64,000 nucleotides of DNA, from NCBI RefSeq assembly GCF_018977255.1, contig NW_024704742.1, positions 2,730,001-2,794,000 of the forward strand. The letters run 5' to 3'. This DNA comes from Callorhinchus milii (taxonomy: Eukaryota). A program made the position numbers and the translations under genes. Positions 37,964 through 51,735 of this stretch are shown in pieces. The notes below the pieces were generated by a model. It saw only the letters and a list, made by a program, of their open reading frames with translations, was not told where the DNA came from and ran no database searches. Position 1 is the stretch's first letter; each line of letters opens with the position of its first letter.

Positions 37964-39210
37964 ACTTTGTTTCTCTCCTTCTACCCTCCAACCAACAAAG
38001 CATCGCTTTCAACTAATGTGCTGCCAGAGTGTAGTATTTCCCGTCAGACATTTAAAATCTCTGGATTAAATGTGGCGTCTCCCAAGGTCCCTACTTTTGC
38101 AGTGCATCATGATGCTCAGAATTGGGAGACTTTGACAATGTATACAGTGAAGTAAAACTATGGCAAAGCACTGATAAACTGTGAGCACATTGTACTTAAT
38201 GGCTTACGCGTGGTCAAACCCTCGCAGTGTAATTTCCTTTTGTAAACTTACATTTTGGGGCAATTTCAGGGAACCACTTCAATGAGCCAGGATCAAAATG
38301 CACAGATATATACGGGAAGCAGGCAGACATGCATCAGAACTGCACAAATTAAAATATTTTTACTGTTGATGTAAAGAAAGGAGCTATTACACTCATTAGA
38401 CTTTAAATCCGAGCTTTTAAATGCTTAAGGAACAGAGAGATGGGCTGCGATACGTTTTGTGGGTTAGACTTCACAGGCTGTTATTCCACTTTATTTGCTT
38501 AACTAGTGTTGAATTTCACGTGTGCTTGTAAGTGGTTACTGCTGAAATGATTCTAGAACCTAAATGTCCTCCATCCTGTTTGGACATTTGATAATTCTGC
38601 TCAACTAGCTAATCCTTTTAGTCATGAACTAAGGAAATATGTCAGCCTGACTCAGTGGGTAGCAATCTCCCTCCCCCCCCCCCACCCCGAGTCAGAAGGC
38701 TGTGGGTTCCAGTCCTACATCAGGACTTTTAGCTCATATAGGCTAGCCCAGTGGTGGTCTCTCTGTGGCCGCAGTGACATGAGAACGGGCTGTAAATGCA
38801 AGCTGCTGTTGTTAAATGAATGCAGCGAATGCACAGCGTAGTATTTGCCCAGCTAGAGCTTTGGTTTATGGGATGGGACTTACGTCCACACCTCCAAGTC
38901 CTGCTTGGGTTACTGCAGACTGGTCTGGTTTTGCCAAGGATGTCTTCTAAGGTACTGTACTGTTCAACTCCGGGGAGACCCCACTTGCCTCTCCTCCCCC
39001 AAGATGATTTCTTCAGACGTGGCAGTGGGATTCAAACCGAAAATCTTCTGGTGCCAAGTCAACTGACTCAGCTGCCCAGATCCCAAGATACAGATCAATA
39101 TTGCACATGTTGACCTTTACCAGAATAAATTGTTTGGGAAATCTCTGGACCCATCATCCAAGGGCACTGTAAGCCTTAAAAGCTGAATGATCAATGTTCC
39201 CTTGTCTATG

Positions 39211-39346
<136 letters not shown>

Positions 39347-39419
39347 GACCTGGGGATCATGTGAAATATGAGATTGGGTGCTATCCCAAACCATTTTGGC
39401 ATTGTTAGTCTGGGCCCAA

Positions 39420-39660
39420 TTGCCTCTGAGCCAGAAAGTTGTGTGTTCAAATCCCACGTTAGGACTGTAAGTCTAAGTTGACACTCCAATACATTGCCAG
39501 GGATTTGCTGCGTTGTTCAGATGAGACGTTAAACCAAAGTCCCATCTCCCTGTTCAGGTAGACATTAAAGATGTTCACATCTGCGAAGGTTTGCTTCGAG
39601 TCATCTTCTGACTTATAAGGCGCCGTATCAAGTGCAGTGATTATTATTACTGTTATTATT
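39420..39660 (+). mobile_element. Old Deu-domain SINE just upstream of the exon
   Basis: gcctctgagccagaaagttgtgtgttcaaatccc head, cagatgagacgttaaacc…cctgttcaggtagacattaaagat Deu core and ttattatt tail. Confidence 0.7.
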
Positions 39661-39760
39661 TAGAACTGAGCTGACGGTAGCTTTTTTGACTACTGAGGGA
39701 GAAAATGCTCCAGGTGGATGTGGCCTGTTGATTAAACCCTTTCTAAACTTTGCTCCCCAG

Positions 39761-39876
39761 GACCTAATGTATACTATCCCGAGGTCAAGATCAAACCCAA
39801 GTTGGGGTTAATATCATCCATACAACCCCGCTTCAAAGACATTGTTCAGTCCACCCCTGGTCCAGGAGCCTATAAG
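39761..39876 (+). CDS. STPG2: Next internal coding exon (116 nt, phase 1 to 0) of the STPG2-like gene: (G)PNVYYPEVKIKPKLGLISSIQPRFKDIVQSTPGPGAYK
   Basis: Acceptor ctttgctccccag|GA and donor TATAAG|gtaagt. Contains the PRF...TPGPGAY SHIPPO-type repeat. Phase-compatible with exon 11433-11586. The 116-nt size and phases agree with my recollection of a late mammalian STPG2 exon. Confidence 0.9.
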
Positions 39877-42109
39877 GTAAGTGCTTATTCTGTGCACCAC
39901 ACTTTTTTTAAATATAAAAGCTTGGATTTTCTTCAACAGGAAGATTTTCCAGAACATCAAGGCTTACACTGTAACGGTGTAAAAAGCTGCTCTGTGCTGT
40001 GCACTGTTTCCCAAAGGAAGTCATCCATTTGAGATTTAGTATGTGCTACGACTGTATTGATTAGTTACTTAATCAACCAACAGTCAGAACAGTGTCGGGT
40101 GATTACAATTTTATGCTCAATTACTTGTGGGGGGAAAATAAATGCATTAAATGTTCATAATTTCGGTGTCAGTATATCCCATATGCTTTTTTTCATATAT
40201 GAACTATATCACAGGCTTCAGAGACAGCAGCTACATCTGATGATGCACCGTGAATTAGAAATAGTACGCATATAGGGAGACTTTAAAGTGACGAGAACAA
40301 AACCTTGTCATTTTGATTAATTTTGACGGCACAGGTTCGCAATTGAAAAATTGATCCTGGAGCGGTAATCCAACAATAACACTGTGTATGAACGCTCTGC
40401 TTCATGACCGATCCTCTCAGACACATTCAAGCGTGCTTTGGGCCTCAGTTCATCCTTCTCCCCGGCACTGACATAATCTCAACCGCTCCGAGAACATTCT
40501 GCTTGGACCGTGGCAAACTGGCGGCGGCACCACATTTGTAAACCTCTGCATGATGCATGGGTATTATCAGTGTTGCATTGGGGCGGAGAGGTGAAATCAG
40601 CAGAGCAATTTAATGGGCCGTAGGTCCAATGGTTCACTTTCAGCGCTCAAGTTCTGGGTTGGTTCACACACTCCCAGCCTCGGGGTTGAGTGGAAGCTTG
40701 TACTGAAGCCCTTCGGGATTATGAAGTACCAAAATGTAACATCTTCGGTGTTACCCATTCCCTCACCCTCTACTTGCGCAGTGTACCCACGCACGTGTGG
40801 GTTCCAACCCCACCGTGGTGAAGCATTCCAAGACGCTCTCACCCGCGAAGGACCCTACACAAATGCAAGTCGTTGTTTGCTGTTGAAAAAAAGATGCTCC
40901 CTTTCCCGTGCTTCTCTTCTCCCCTGAAGGCTTTTGACTCCACTTTCCTTTTACTGGGGTAGAGTTCCCCAGGACCTCAGCTATTAGGCTATTCACTCGT
41001 GTGAGGGGAAGTGACCGCCAAGTCTGACTCGTTCTAACATCTACTCGTAGAGGATGTGCAGCTACGGGGCTTCAGTGATGAGGGCAGGAGCCCTGTGTGA
41101 TTTTCCCATCACTGGCCAGGGTCCCAATTTTGGCCCTTCAATCGCTACTGAAGCTAAGATCAGGTCAAACAAACCCTGCAGTGTGCACCACGGCCCTTCA
41201 CCCCGAGCACGGCTTTTATCCACACAGCTGTTGGGGGTGTTATTGCACAGATTATAAACTGCAGCTGCAGAGCTCCAAACCTACAGTGTGGGGAAGATTG
41301 CCAAGAAATACATTTAGAAAGCCTGATTTCCCCCCACCCCTCCTCAACACACATGCAAACCTGTCATGAATGATAAATGCTATCCTCTTTTTTTAGGTTA
41401 CACTTAAATAGGTTGCAGCTTGTTTTCAGCCAGTTGTTCTTACCTATATTAAGAAAACGTGGTTTAAAAATACATCACTTTCGTATTTAAAGTGAGTCTA
41501 GTTGCTCTGATATTTTTTAGATCTGTAAACTTCTGGAATAAAGATAGCAGTCAAGGAATAGAAATGATGGACGATTCCCATTATGAGAATAATTTATGGT
41601 GGATAAGTGAGAAGAGCGCAGATCTGGGTCAGCCATATTAAACAGGTCTCAATTTGTTTCTCCGAAGTGCGAGTTGGTTGAAAAATAATGGAAACGATTT
41701 TTTTAAAAAAAATTATTCCATACACAGTTAAACAGAACTCAAACTTGTAACTAAAGCGAGGCTGTTCGTTTTGACTGGTAATTCTCAGAGCAATTTTAAT
41801 AGCGGCATTGGTCTACATGGACCCTAATTGGTGTACGTCGGTCCCTGCTTCAAATTAGTGGTGTTTACACAATCACCTCTATTGACGTTTTTACCACTGT
41901 CAATAAATATTAATGGTTTGGTGACAATTGAACCATTAATACCTGGTGTGGGTGGCATCAGTGATATGAAAAGATATTGCATAGTACCTGTCTTCTAAAT
42001 GTTATCGCTAATTTAGGCAGTAAATATAATGTGTCCTGGAACATTTACGCCAGAAATCCCTCAGAGATTTTAACTCGCTCAATGTTACCAAATGCTGAAT
42101 AACACTGAG

Positions 42110-42380
42110 AGGTTAAACGGAGGTCCTCTTTGCCTGTTCAGGTGGACGTTACACGAAAGAAGAGGGAGTTTCTTCCAGTGTCCTCACCAATGACCTGGCA
42201 AATAAAATTGGTTACTCACTCAATGACTGTTTGTGGGACGCTGCTGTGTGCAAATGGCTGCCGTGTTTCGCCCACAAAATGCAGTCAATTCACTTTACAG
42301 TATATCCTGTGAAGCACTTTGAGACGTCTCAACAATGTGATAAGGCAATGTTCCAAAATGCAAGGATTATTATTATTATT
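42110..42380 (+). mobile_element. Old Deu-domain SINE, 3' portion
   Basis: gttaaacggaggtcc…cctgttcaggtggacgtta core followed by the shared body and (TTA)n tail. Confidence 0.75.
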
Positions 42381-43310
42381 TGTATAATCTGACACAAACA
42401 ATGTCAATCTTGCGTAGTCTTGGCTAGCTTTGTACCAATTATTTTAATGCAGTGTGATCTAACGTGCACTAATTTCAACTAGGGTCCCTTGAGAAAGAAA
42501 CAGCTCTGTCCTCTCCTTTTGTACCATCAATATGCTTCCCCTTGGTACCATCGTCTGTAGGTGTGGGGCCCACGTCTCACAGTTCAGTTACCCCGCATTA
42601 CTTCATGTCTATCTAAAAAGTTACCTAAATTGAGTGCAGGTTAATCTTCCCTGTGCCAAAAAACATTGGGTAAATAGCCATCAGTTTGTGGTTATAACCA
42701 TTACAAAAATATATATTTTGTTATTTGATTTCATGGACCAATTTATCAATCTTTGTGAAGGGTGTGAGGGATGAGGGGAGGGGACGAGAATACATCTGAC
42801 CTTTGACAGTGCAGAGGAGATTAGACACTGACTTTCCAGAGTAGAACAGACTGACATATGTCTGTTCCAGAGCCGTCTGAGAAGATTGGTGCACCGTTGG
42901 CTTGACCAACTAATGTTTACACTGAACTTCACCAAAAGCATATCCAGAAGAAAATTAAGTTCTCCCTAATTGTCTGTGCTTCCACAATTCACAGTGCAGG
43001 CCCTGTTCTGTGACGGTGTCTGTAAATGTTTCTTTTAATTGCCTGAAGTATTTCAGCAAGGTTAGTTTTCTACTCCTGGGAAGGCCTTGAAAGCTTTGAT
43101 TTATAGGCTATTGAAATGCTCTGGCAGCGACCAATAAACAGGGCTACTTTAAGACTGTTAACATTGAAAACATTTCATAGACTGAGGAAGTAATCTGTGT
43201 CCACAGTTCCCACCAACAGTTCCAGCGCAAAAAATAACAATAATGGGTTTTATTCACATCCACTATTTTGAAAACTCGCACCCAGGTCTATGAAAGGGGC
43301 GGCATATTGC

Positions 43311-43696
43311 ATTATAATAATAATCTTTGCATTTGATATAGCAACGTATCAGGTCGTTGAAATGTCTCGAAGCGCTTCACAAGATACGCAGTAAAGTGAG
43401 GTGACTGTATCTTGTGGCGAATGGGGCTGCAAATGTGTGCACAGCAATGTTCCACAAACAGCCATGAAGTGAATGATCATTTTTATTCGGTCGAGTGGTA
43501 CCATGAGATCGTTAACATCCACATGAACAGACGACAAGACCTCGGTTTAATATCTCACCTTCAACAAAACAGTAGACCCTCAGCACTGCGTTAGAGTGTC
43601 AGGATAGACGATATAGATTCCAGGTCCCGATGTGGGGCTTGAACCCACAACTCTTCTGACTCAGAGGCAAGAGCGCTAACAACTGAGACAGGCTGA
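43311..43696 (-). mobile_element. Older Deu-domain SINE (SacSINE1/AmnSINE1-like), near full length
   Basis: Different head (…cagttgttagcgctcttgcctctgagtcagaag…gtgggttcaagcccc), Deu-like core (gagatattaaaccgaggtc), and the same 3' body and tail as the young SINE. Confidence 0.75.
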
Positions 43697-43870
43697 TTAT
43701 AGCTTATTAGAGTTGTTCATAACTGTTTTGGCTTAATGTGGATGTTTAAATGGATAAAAGTTTAGGGGTAAATAATGTGGTATTTCATAACTGATTCAAT
43801 GTAATAATTATCACCAGTAACAATTAGGATTATATAATTCCCCATCAACTGTGAGGATGATTAGTACTGT

Positions 43871-44235
43871 GGAGTCCCATAGCGTAGGGGTTAGCTCGCT
43901 CGCCTCGAAAGCAAGAGGACCCCTGGTTCGATTCCCGGGCCAGGTGAAACCCTAGGCAAGTTTCCGCACTCTGCACGCATTTGTTTATTTATAGTAAGTA
44001 GGAAATGTTAGTCAATTGGCGGATTGCTTTCCAGGGGTAATAATCCCTTCAAAAACATAAAAATGATAATTTGGTCACTCAGTCCACGACTGTTCGTGGG
44101 ACGCTGCTGTGCACAATTGGCTGCCGCGTTTCACCCACAGAATATACAGTCAATTCCCCTTACAGTATACCCTGTGCAGCAATTTGAGACGTCTCAATGA
44201 CGTGACTATATATCAGATGCATTTATTATTATTAT
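43871..44235 (+). mobile_element. Long-variant tRNA-derived SINE
   Basis: ggagtcccatagcgtaggggttagc head, ggttcgattcc B box, extra segment …gttagtcaattggcggattgctttccagggg, shared body and (TTA)n tail. Confidence 0.85.
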
Positions 44236-47200
44236 AATGATTGTACATTCATCAAATTGAATCGGTTACAAATGCCAAATCTTTCGAGTCTAACACCAAC
44301 GACTTTGAGAAGTTCCTGACCGGCCAGACCAGAGCCATCCTCTGACGTGTGTGGCTGACAGTCCACATTAAAATCTTGTGTGTGTTTGACAAGCCGCAGT
44401 CAGTTTCTTTGCTGTTGTGCTTTAACGTTGTGCGGTGAGCGGGAACTCCAGACTGAGCTATAACAATTAATTACGCTCAAATCTTTCACGAGCATCGTCG
44501 ACCCGTCCATTATTTGTTTTTACTGAGTCCAAGGATTGCAGGCTCCATTCAAAGTATAAACGTGCAGTGTGTGTAATAATAGTCTTGTAGAATTGTAACT
44601 TAAGACTTATGTGCTATTTGAAAGTTTATTAATGTCCGTGCTTCGGAAAGAGCACGTGGATTTCAAGCGATGGCATTTTCATTGATGTGGGTGGCGGTGC
44701 GGGGTGGCGGTGGGGGGTGGTGTTGGCACCCCTGAGGAATCTTGACCCAATGTAAAGGCGTGTGTGAAGCTGGGGCGGGGAGGAGTCCGATATGGAGAAG
44801 AAAGAAAGATTATTTTCTCAAAAATGGAGGGAGGGGAAAGGCATTCAGAAACGATGCTTCAGGACGCTGCATAATTGAGCTACATCCTTGCTGCGCGGCG
44901 CACAGGGAAAAATCACTGAGGAGTAAACCGCGTCTATGTTTAACTAGCAGCCGCTCTAATTAGACGTTTGCACAGTCTCCGAAGTCGTCTAATAAAGTGC
45001 AGCCTCTCAGCGTGCCACAGCAGGGAGCGTCTTTGTTGATACCGAGCGGGCTGCAAGTCAAGGTGCCTTTCACAAGAAAGGACTGATAGATAGTTAACAT
45101 TCCCTGTATCAGATCTACCCTGCGAGCGTGCTCACTGTTGGGCTGTCAGGAGATGGAGAGACAGAGGGACATGGCTGCACCCTGCCTGCATTCTCGCAAA
45201 AGATGAATGTGTCCATTGTCGCCTCTCCCCCCATTTCTCCTGAGTCATTAGAACGACAGAGCAGTAATTGATGACATGAGGTGGGTGTCTGTTATGAAGT
45301 TCCTCTCTCCCACTTTGAAGCCGTCCCCCCGGCTTGCCATTTACGCAGCACGCGGTTAGCAAGTATGTCAGCGTATCTGTCTTCCTGTCCTCGCGCACGT
45401 CAGCTAAAGTAATGACAGAAAATGACACAGCATCCACTGATGGATATCAGCACCAAAAAAAGGTATTTTCTTTTGCGCTCAGAGGCCTGTGAAAGTTTGC
45501 CCTGGGGACGATGGCGGTCTTCGTTTGACAAGGGGCGTTATTAGGTTAACTCTTTAAACACATCAGAGAAGTCGATTGTGTTCAACGAAGTTCAATAAAC
45601 AATTGCCCGATGTCCTTCCTTTACAGTGAAGGGATCTGAGAATCACCCATTGCAAATACATTCTGTTTCGCCTCTTGAGTGCTGCTTGTTATGGAATGGC
45701 CTCTTGTGGCACAAGGAGGTAGAAGTTTATTAACAGCCGCGGGTATAATTGGACTGTATTCCGAGGTTCAGATGATAAGACACAGCTCCTTTTTTTTTGG
45801 GGGGGGGGCCCTTTTAACTGGGAGTGACGACACATGAATTAGCTCTGCTAACTCGTCTCATTAGCTCATCGGAAAAATTGTGCCGTGCGGTCCTTTTATT
45901 TTTTTCCCCTTTAAAAGCTTTTCAGAACTAACTATCTTTTACTGACTTACGGAAAAGTTTCTTTCCACTGCGCCGACCGACTCGGGGCTGTATTCGATGG
46001 CGGTGTGAATTGAAAAAAACCTTATAATGTTTCTGTCAGACAATCTCCTTCTAATCTCCCCTGTTGTAGTTCTCTACTCTGTGAGCTGGAATCACTGCAA
46101 CCTGTCATTACGTTCATTTCAGAGGTTTCCACTTGTAGCATTAAACGTGTTCCACAGAGAAGAGATTGCAAGGTAATCCAATCTAGAAATACAGATAATC
46201 CAACCTGCAAATGTAGTTTTGTAATATCAATCCGAACCTCTGCGATGATGCTATTTCTTCAAACCAGACTCATTCCTTTTTTCATAATCGGAAAATCACA
46301 AAGCGGTTTGGATGAAGGATGATCTCATTCTTTCACAAAACCCTAACTACTGTCTTTCCATTACAGCATCATGCTTTTCTGACTTAGATGAGTCCGATTC
46401 ACCAACCGTGCTTCAATCTTTCTCGATTTGTCCTCTCAAAGCCTTTCAGAAATCTTAAGACATCTAGTAGATCAACCTCTTAACCTTCTTTTCCGTTCCA
46501 GTGAAAACAGATTAAATGTTTATTTTAAACCTATCCTCATAACTAGAATTGCTAGTTTGCGCTAATCTGATCTGGACCTGTGGCTCGAAAATCCTTTTTT
46601 GTCAGTCGGGTGTTTGAACCTCTTGTGTTGCATTACCAAAGGCAAACTTTGGGTCTGATTTTGTTTTGTTCCTGTGCTATCCCAAAGCCGAATATCATAA
46701 GGACAAAAATTCTGCACCCGTACGGAAAGTAACATATATATTCACGAACCAGAGAACAAAAATTATTCTTTTATCTGGGTAGCACTCTAACAGCTACGTG
46801 TGCTGACCTTATTAACTGATGTGACTTCGTGGTACAAGCTGAAGGCAGAAAAGATAATCAAGGGCTCGGATTCCTTGAGTAATGAAATATTAATTGCGGA
46901 GCTTTGTATTTCTTTACCTTCATGAAAAACGTGCTGAAAAATTGAAATCCAAAATGGCCAGGGGACGGGTCTGTAGCTTGCTTTTTAGTGCCTTCTCCGA
47001 ATCAGAATAACTGCTTTTTTATGGATTCTTGGTAAATAAAAAGGGCCTGATTTACCTTATTATACAGCGCCCAGTGGGAAATCGCCCCCATGTTCTGGGT
47101 GAGGCATGTGCGTGGGTGGCCACTGTAACCTCAAAGCCAGTTTGCCAATGTACCAGCAATAAAAGGAGAAATTAGGCCTCTGGGCTTTTCCTGCCTACCA

Positions 47201-49291
47201 CGAAAACTATATGCAGCCTCCAGGGAAATGACCGTGTAATTTATCCTGAGGACTTCTCTGTTCCCCCAGCAAAATGCTCGCCTGTTGGTCGGAGTGCGGT
47301 AAAATGACCTAAACAATAGGCCCGGCATCAGATGAATGTCCTGGTGGTAAGATTATCATTCAGATAAAAATAAATCAGTTCAAAAACCATTCAAACCGTG
47401 CCTTGGGCCTTTCAGATCTAATGAATGGGCTGCATTGTATTTGATCAAGTTAATAACATTTCAACCATCCAAGAGTCATTTGTTTTACGTTCCACCCCCG
47501 CCCCACCCCACCCCCGCCATGGTCATGAGGGCTTTAGCTTGTCCCCAGTTCCAAATGATTCCAAAAGCTTTCAGATCAGTATCTGCAAGTACTTAAAGGT
47601 CTTATTGTTGGCGTTGAAGGTGAGATGAACCGCATTTTATTTTCTGCTTTTATTTGAAGTACACGATAAGAGGAACGAGTGAGTATTTGAGGCCTCGGAG
47701 GTGTTATGAAGAAAACGTTCCATTTTCTTGACCTGTTTGTTTTCTGTCGCAGTTTACAGGACATCGCAAACTCTGTCCAGTTTCTCACCAAAATATTGAT
47801 GCAGATAACGACATTCTAACTCTTCTGTGCATGAGGCGATTTGAGATTTTCACCTGAAAATCACCTTTCCCTACCTTGGATGCTGACAAAATAGGTGGCA
47901 GACACCCATCTCTCACTGCTGTTCGGTGCACCGTTACCTCAGAGTCACTATGTTCTTGTTACCGAGTAAAATGGGCAGAAATGCTTCTTTTCTTTCATGT
48001 GTGTTCCTGCGTTCTTCTCCTTGAACACTGCTCTCTCATTTCCCCTCATTCCAGGTAACAAACCCCAGTTGAGCTCAGTAGAACCAGTCAATGGGGCTTG
48101 TTTTCCTTCCTTGTGAAGCGACACTAAATATACTCTCAGCTCTTCCAGCGTGCTGAGAGCAAGAGCTCAAGACACTGTGCCACCAGTGGTGCCACACAAC
48201 GTCAACACCAATTTAATTGACTCTGTTTCCTAGGAAGCTTCGGACTGGCTTGTTGAACAAGCTTTGGAGCATCAATTTGCCGTCCGAGTTGTTTCAAAAC
48301 CTAATGGGCTGCTCTTGAATCTAACTCACCTTTTTTTACTGAGGGTCGAAAGAAAAGGATGAAATCGACCCATTCCTACTTTCCTCCCCGTCTCCCACGC
48401 TCAAATGTAACCTTACTGAACTGACTGAAATGTGCTCAACCTCCAGGGAGTTTATCTGATTTCTCTGGAGCAGTCTGTCCCCTCACAACCTTTCACTGAT
48501 TCATTTCAAAGGACTGACAGCATTTTGAACCCAGGTGCGTAACAGTACTGTGACTCCTTATGCGTGAATCCTGAGGGGGGGAAGAAATAATCTGCCTACT
48601 TAACAACGTTTATTACATGTCAAATTGACTCTTCTTTTCTTAAGATCTTTGAGATGTTTCAGTGCAAAAGACTCTACGCTAAATCCAAGTGTTTGAACGC
48701 TTGAGGTTAGCCGTGTATCTGACGCGCGCGGGAGATTCTTGCTGTCGCTGAGTCTACGTTTGAAGTTGCTGAAAATCAGCAGCAACGGAGATCTGTTGGC
48801 ACTTTGTGGAGTGAGCTTCCAGCCTGTTCTTCCCTCCCTATCAGCCACCCACCACCACCTTACATATATCTACAGAAAAGCACCCACAAGTTGGTAGAAT
48901 TCCATCACAACTGCATCAAAGACCCCAAAGTTTGCACTGTGGTGTGACTGGAATTTAACCATTTAACCGGGCAGTTTTAATAGCTTGGGACACTTTTCAC
49001 CAATGCCTGGTAGAGAATCACGCTACTACCGGGTCAATGAAAAAGACAGACCGAAAGACAGAGAGAAAGGGAGAGAGGAGGTATTTTAATCCCTTGTGCC
49101 TCATTTGTCCTTTAAAAAAGTTTTTTTCTCTAATTAACATGATTTACATACATAAAGTGGTCAAATTAGCATAACACAATTAACAGACTATGGGGGGAGG
49201 AGGGGGTGATGCCATTGGGGTCCAGATTTACTCAATTTACGTAACATTTCAGAGTGTGCAGCATTGGTTGAAACCGATGTTGACTTTGAAC

Positions 49292-49292
49292 N
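49292..49292. other. Ambiguous base (N), an assembly uncertainty
   Basis: Single n in the sequence. Confidence 0.99.
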
Positions 49293-51479
49293 TTTTTTTT
49301 GATAGTTCTTAACCGAACCTTAGAGAATTAAGAATTTGCCAAATGCTCGATATTCTGAAATATTAGGAAACAAAGCAAACATAAACTGAGGTTGAATTTC
49401 TACCCTCTCGTACCTAAATAGCGTTGGAATCGAAATCTCAAAAGTTTTACAAAATAGCAGTTTTAGTTGCAAAGTTTGCCACAACTTATAATACATTAGC
49501 TTCATAGGGAGAGCAAGTTTTCCAAAGATAGTACTTTTGTAAATTATTAATAGAAATATCAGAAGATGCGTATGATGCTGATGCCAGCAACATTCCCTGT
49601 ACGTACTACATAGTCAAATCAAAAATGGAAAGCGAAACTTGGTTGTGTTGGAGTTCGCTGCAGTAGATAACAGCAAACGCACAACACACTTCTGTACTTT
49701 TGATGAATAGATGAAGTATAGCAAGAATGCCGAGGGGAGAAACAGCCTGTCACGCATAGTCAGTTTCCTGAAATTGCAAAGGCGATGTTTCTATGAAAAT
49801 ACACTCTTTTGTTTAAAAGGGACCCGTACTATAATGTCAGCAACGCAGCCGAGGAAAGACTGCAAAGACAAAACAAGTTTCCATCGCGTCCCTCGAAAAG
49901 ACACACAGATGAAGCAGGGCACAAGGACATGTTATTGAAGTTGCTTTGTTCCTCATCTTCACCTCTATTTGAGGCGTGTTCCTCCAAGATGCATTATTGT
50001 TACTCGTGGCTCATCCAGAGCTACGCAAGTTGCAAACACAAGCTCTTGTGTTGTTACTGTACGTCCACATGATGTTGAACAGAAAGCCATAACCAGCCAG
50101 TGAAATGGCGTTAAACGTGTTCACGTTCATCCACATGATGTCTTGCGCTGTTACTGGACGTCCACATGGTGCTAGAGTGTTTTCTGTGGATTACGGACCC
50201 AGTTCTGTTCTTCATTTGACAACGAGCAGACTTTCAAAGAGTGAGATTCGGTAAAGGCAAACTTCCACGCAACCTTTGATTTTAAAGATCACGATGTGGC
50301 ACTTCCTTTGTGTCTTTGTTTGTTCGAGTAGTTGTGTGAGAAAGCCGTGAATCTCCTATGACTGCACCAGATCTGAACGTATATTATTATGGCTCACAGG
50401 ATATTGGACCCCAGCAACTTGTTCCTTTCTTGACGACCTGCTCATTTCTCCAATGTTCATAAAATGCTTATTTTCCCCCAAAAAAGGATCTTCAAGTGCG
50501 GAGCAACAAGATTAACGCTCTCGCTCTTTCTCTCTTTCTCTCTCTCTCTCTCTCGCTCCATGAGGATCAGAAACAGCTGGAATTCAAGAGCTACGAATGG
50601 GGCAGTGGAATTATCTTGCGAAATTGACCACTTCGGCCAAAGCTTGTAATTTTCATCCCACAGAAGCTTTCACTTACTGCTGAAAGTGAACTGTTGAAAT
50701 AAATTGAAGCTCTGCACATACCTCCCTGACTTACTCAGTTCTGCTGTGTTGAAATGCACCATTTAGCCCAGGAAGCCATTCCCTCTCCACCCCTTCCTTT
50801 CCCCCTCCCTCCACCAGAAATAAAAGAATCTGCCATCAGAAACTATGTTCATTAATTATCTTCTTGACACAACAATGTGCCACTGTTACTGAACCCTTCT
50901 GAATCTTTCCCCTTCTCGCGCACCTCGCTCTTTGTGCTGTAGACGTGCTTTGGCATTACGGCGTTTGTAAATCGTGCTACTAGGTAGGTGGGGCAGGAGG
51001 AGCTGATCAAAATCACAAGGAAACACTTTCACGCCGCAAGTCACAGGTTGAACATGACCCAAATGAGATGTCAGGATGCATTTGTATTCCTGTGTTTGCG
51101 AAGGTCAGAGGTTATTTGTATCAATCAGATGATCAGGAAACCATAACGGGTCAGTGAAATGGCGTCAAACGTGTTCACATTTATCGCAATACCAACAATA
51201 ACAATTTACATTCGTGTAGTACCTTTCCCGCCTGGAGGAAGCCTCAAAGCAGTCTGCGTATCTATCGAGCTTTCGATTTAAAACACAAAATTAAGTAATA
51301 ACCTTGTGTGTTATTTTTGAGGACCGTGTTCACTTTTTAATTCGCGTTCCACAATGCGCACCGTGTTCTGGATGTAGCTCACCTGCGGTGTTGCTGTGCG
51401 CTGCCGACATGTACATTGCGTACGTCTGCATTGTTGTTACGGCAGTCGAGATAATTGGTGACAGTTGGGAGAAATGAAA

Positions 51480-51735
51480 GGCTTCAGCTCGTTCCAGTCA
51501 CGGTTTCTTCATTTCGCTAGTAAATCAAACCAACAGCTCCTAGTTTCATGGGTTTTCGCTCCTAATCCTTCTTCACCCGCTGATGTCCTCGGTCTTGCTA
51601 TCTCCTCGGAACTCAACTGAAATGCTCACATCTCCTGCATGGCCAAAAGTGCTCTAAGAACCTTGAGTTCCTCTTTCAAGCATGACTTTTCACCCTCACA
51701 ACTCTTAATCCATGTTCGACCCAGATTTGAAATTC
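51480..51735 (+). mobile_element. Second fragment of the same CR1/jockey-group RT family
   Basis: FLHFASKSNQ…PSSPADVLGLAISSELN*NAHISCMAKSA…FSPSQLL…VRPRFE. Confidence 0.7.

Noticed and set aside
44685..44725. G-quadruplex as a functional element (also 10289-10317, 15830-15872, 36914-36977, 55611-55652)
   Set aside because: G/C homopolymer-rich runs are common throughout this window and nothing indicates function.
49790..49940. Possible last STPG2 exon (LKGT…YNVS resembles the KxTYNVTL C-terminal motif)
   Set aside because: Needs a 5-nt frameshift and lacks a good splice acceptor; likely coincidence. The next true exon is probably beyond the window.
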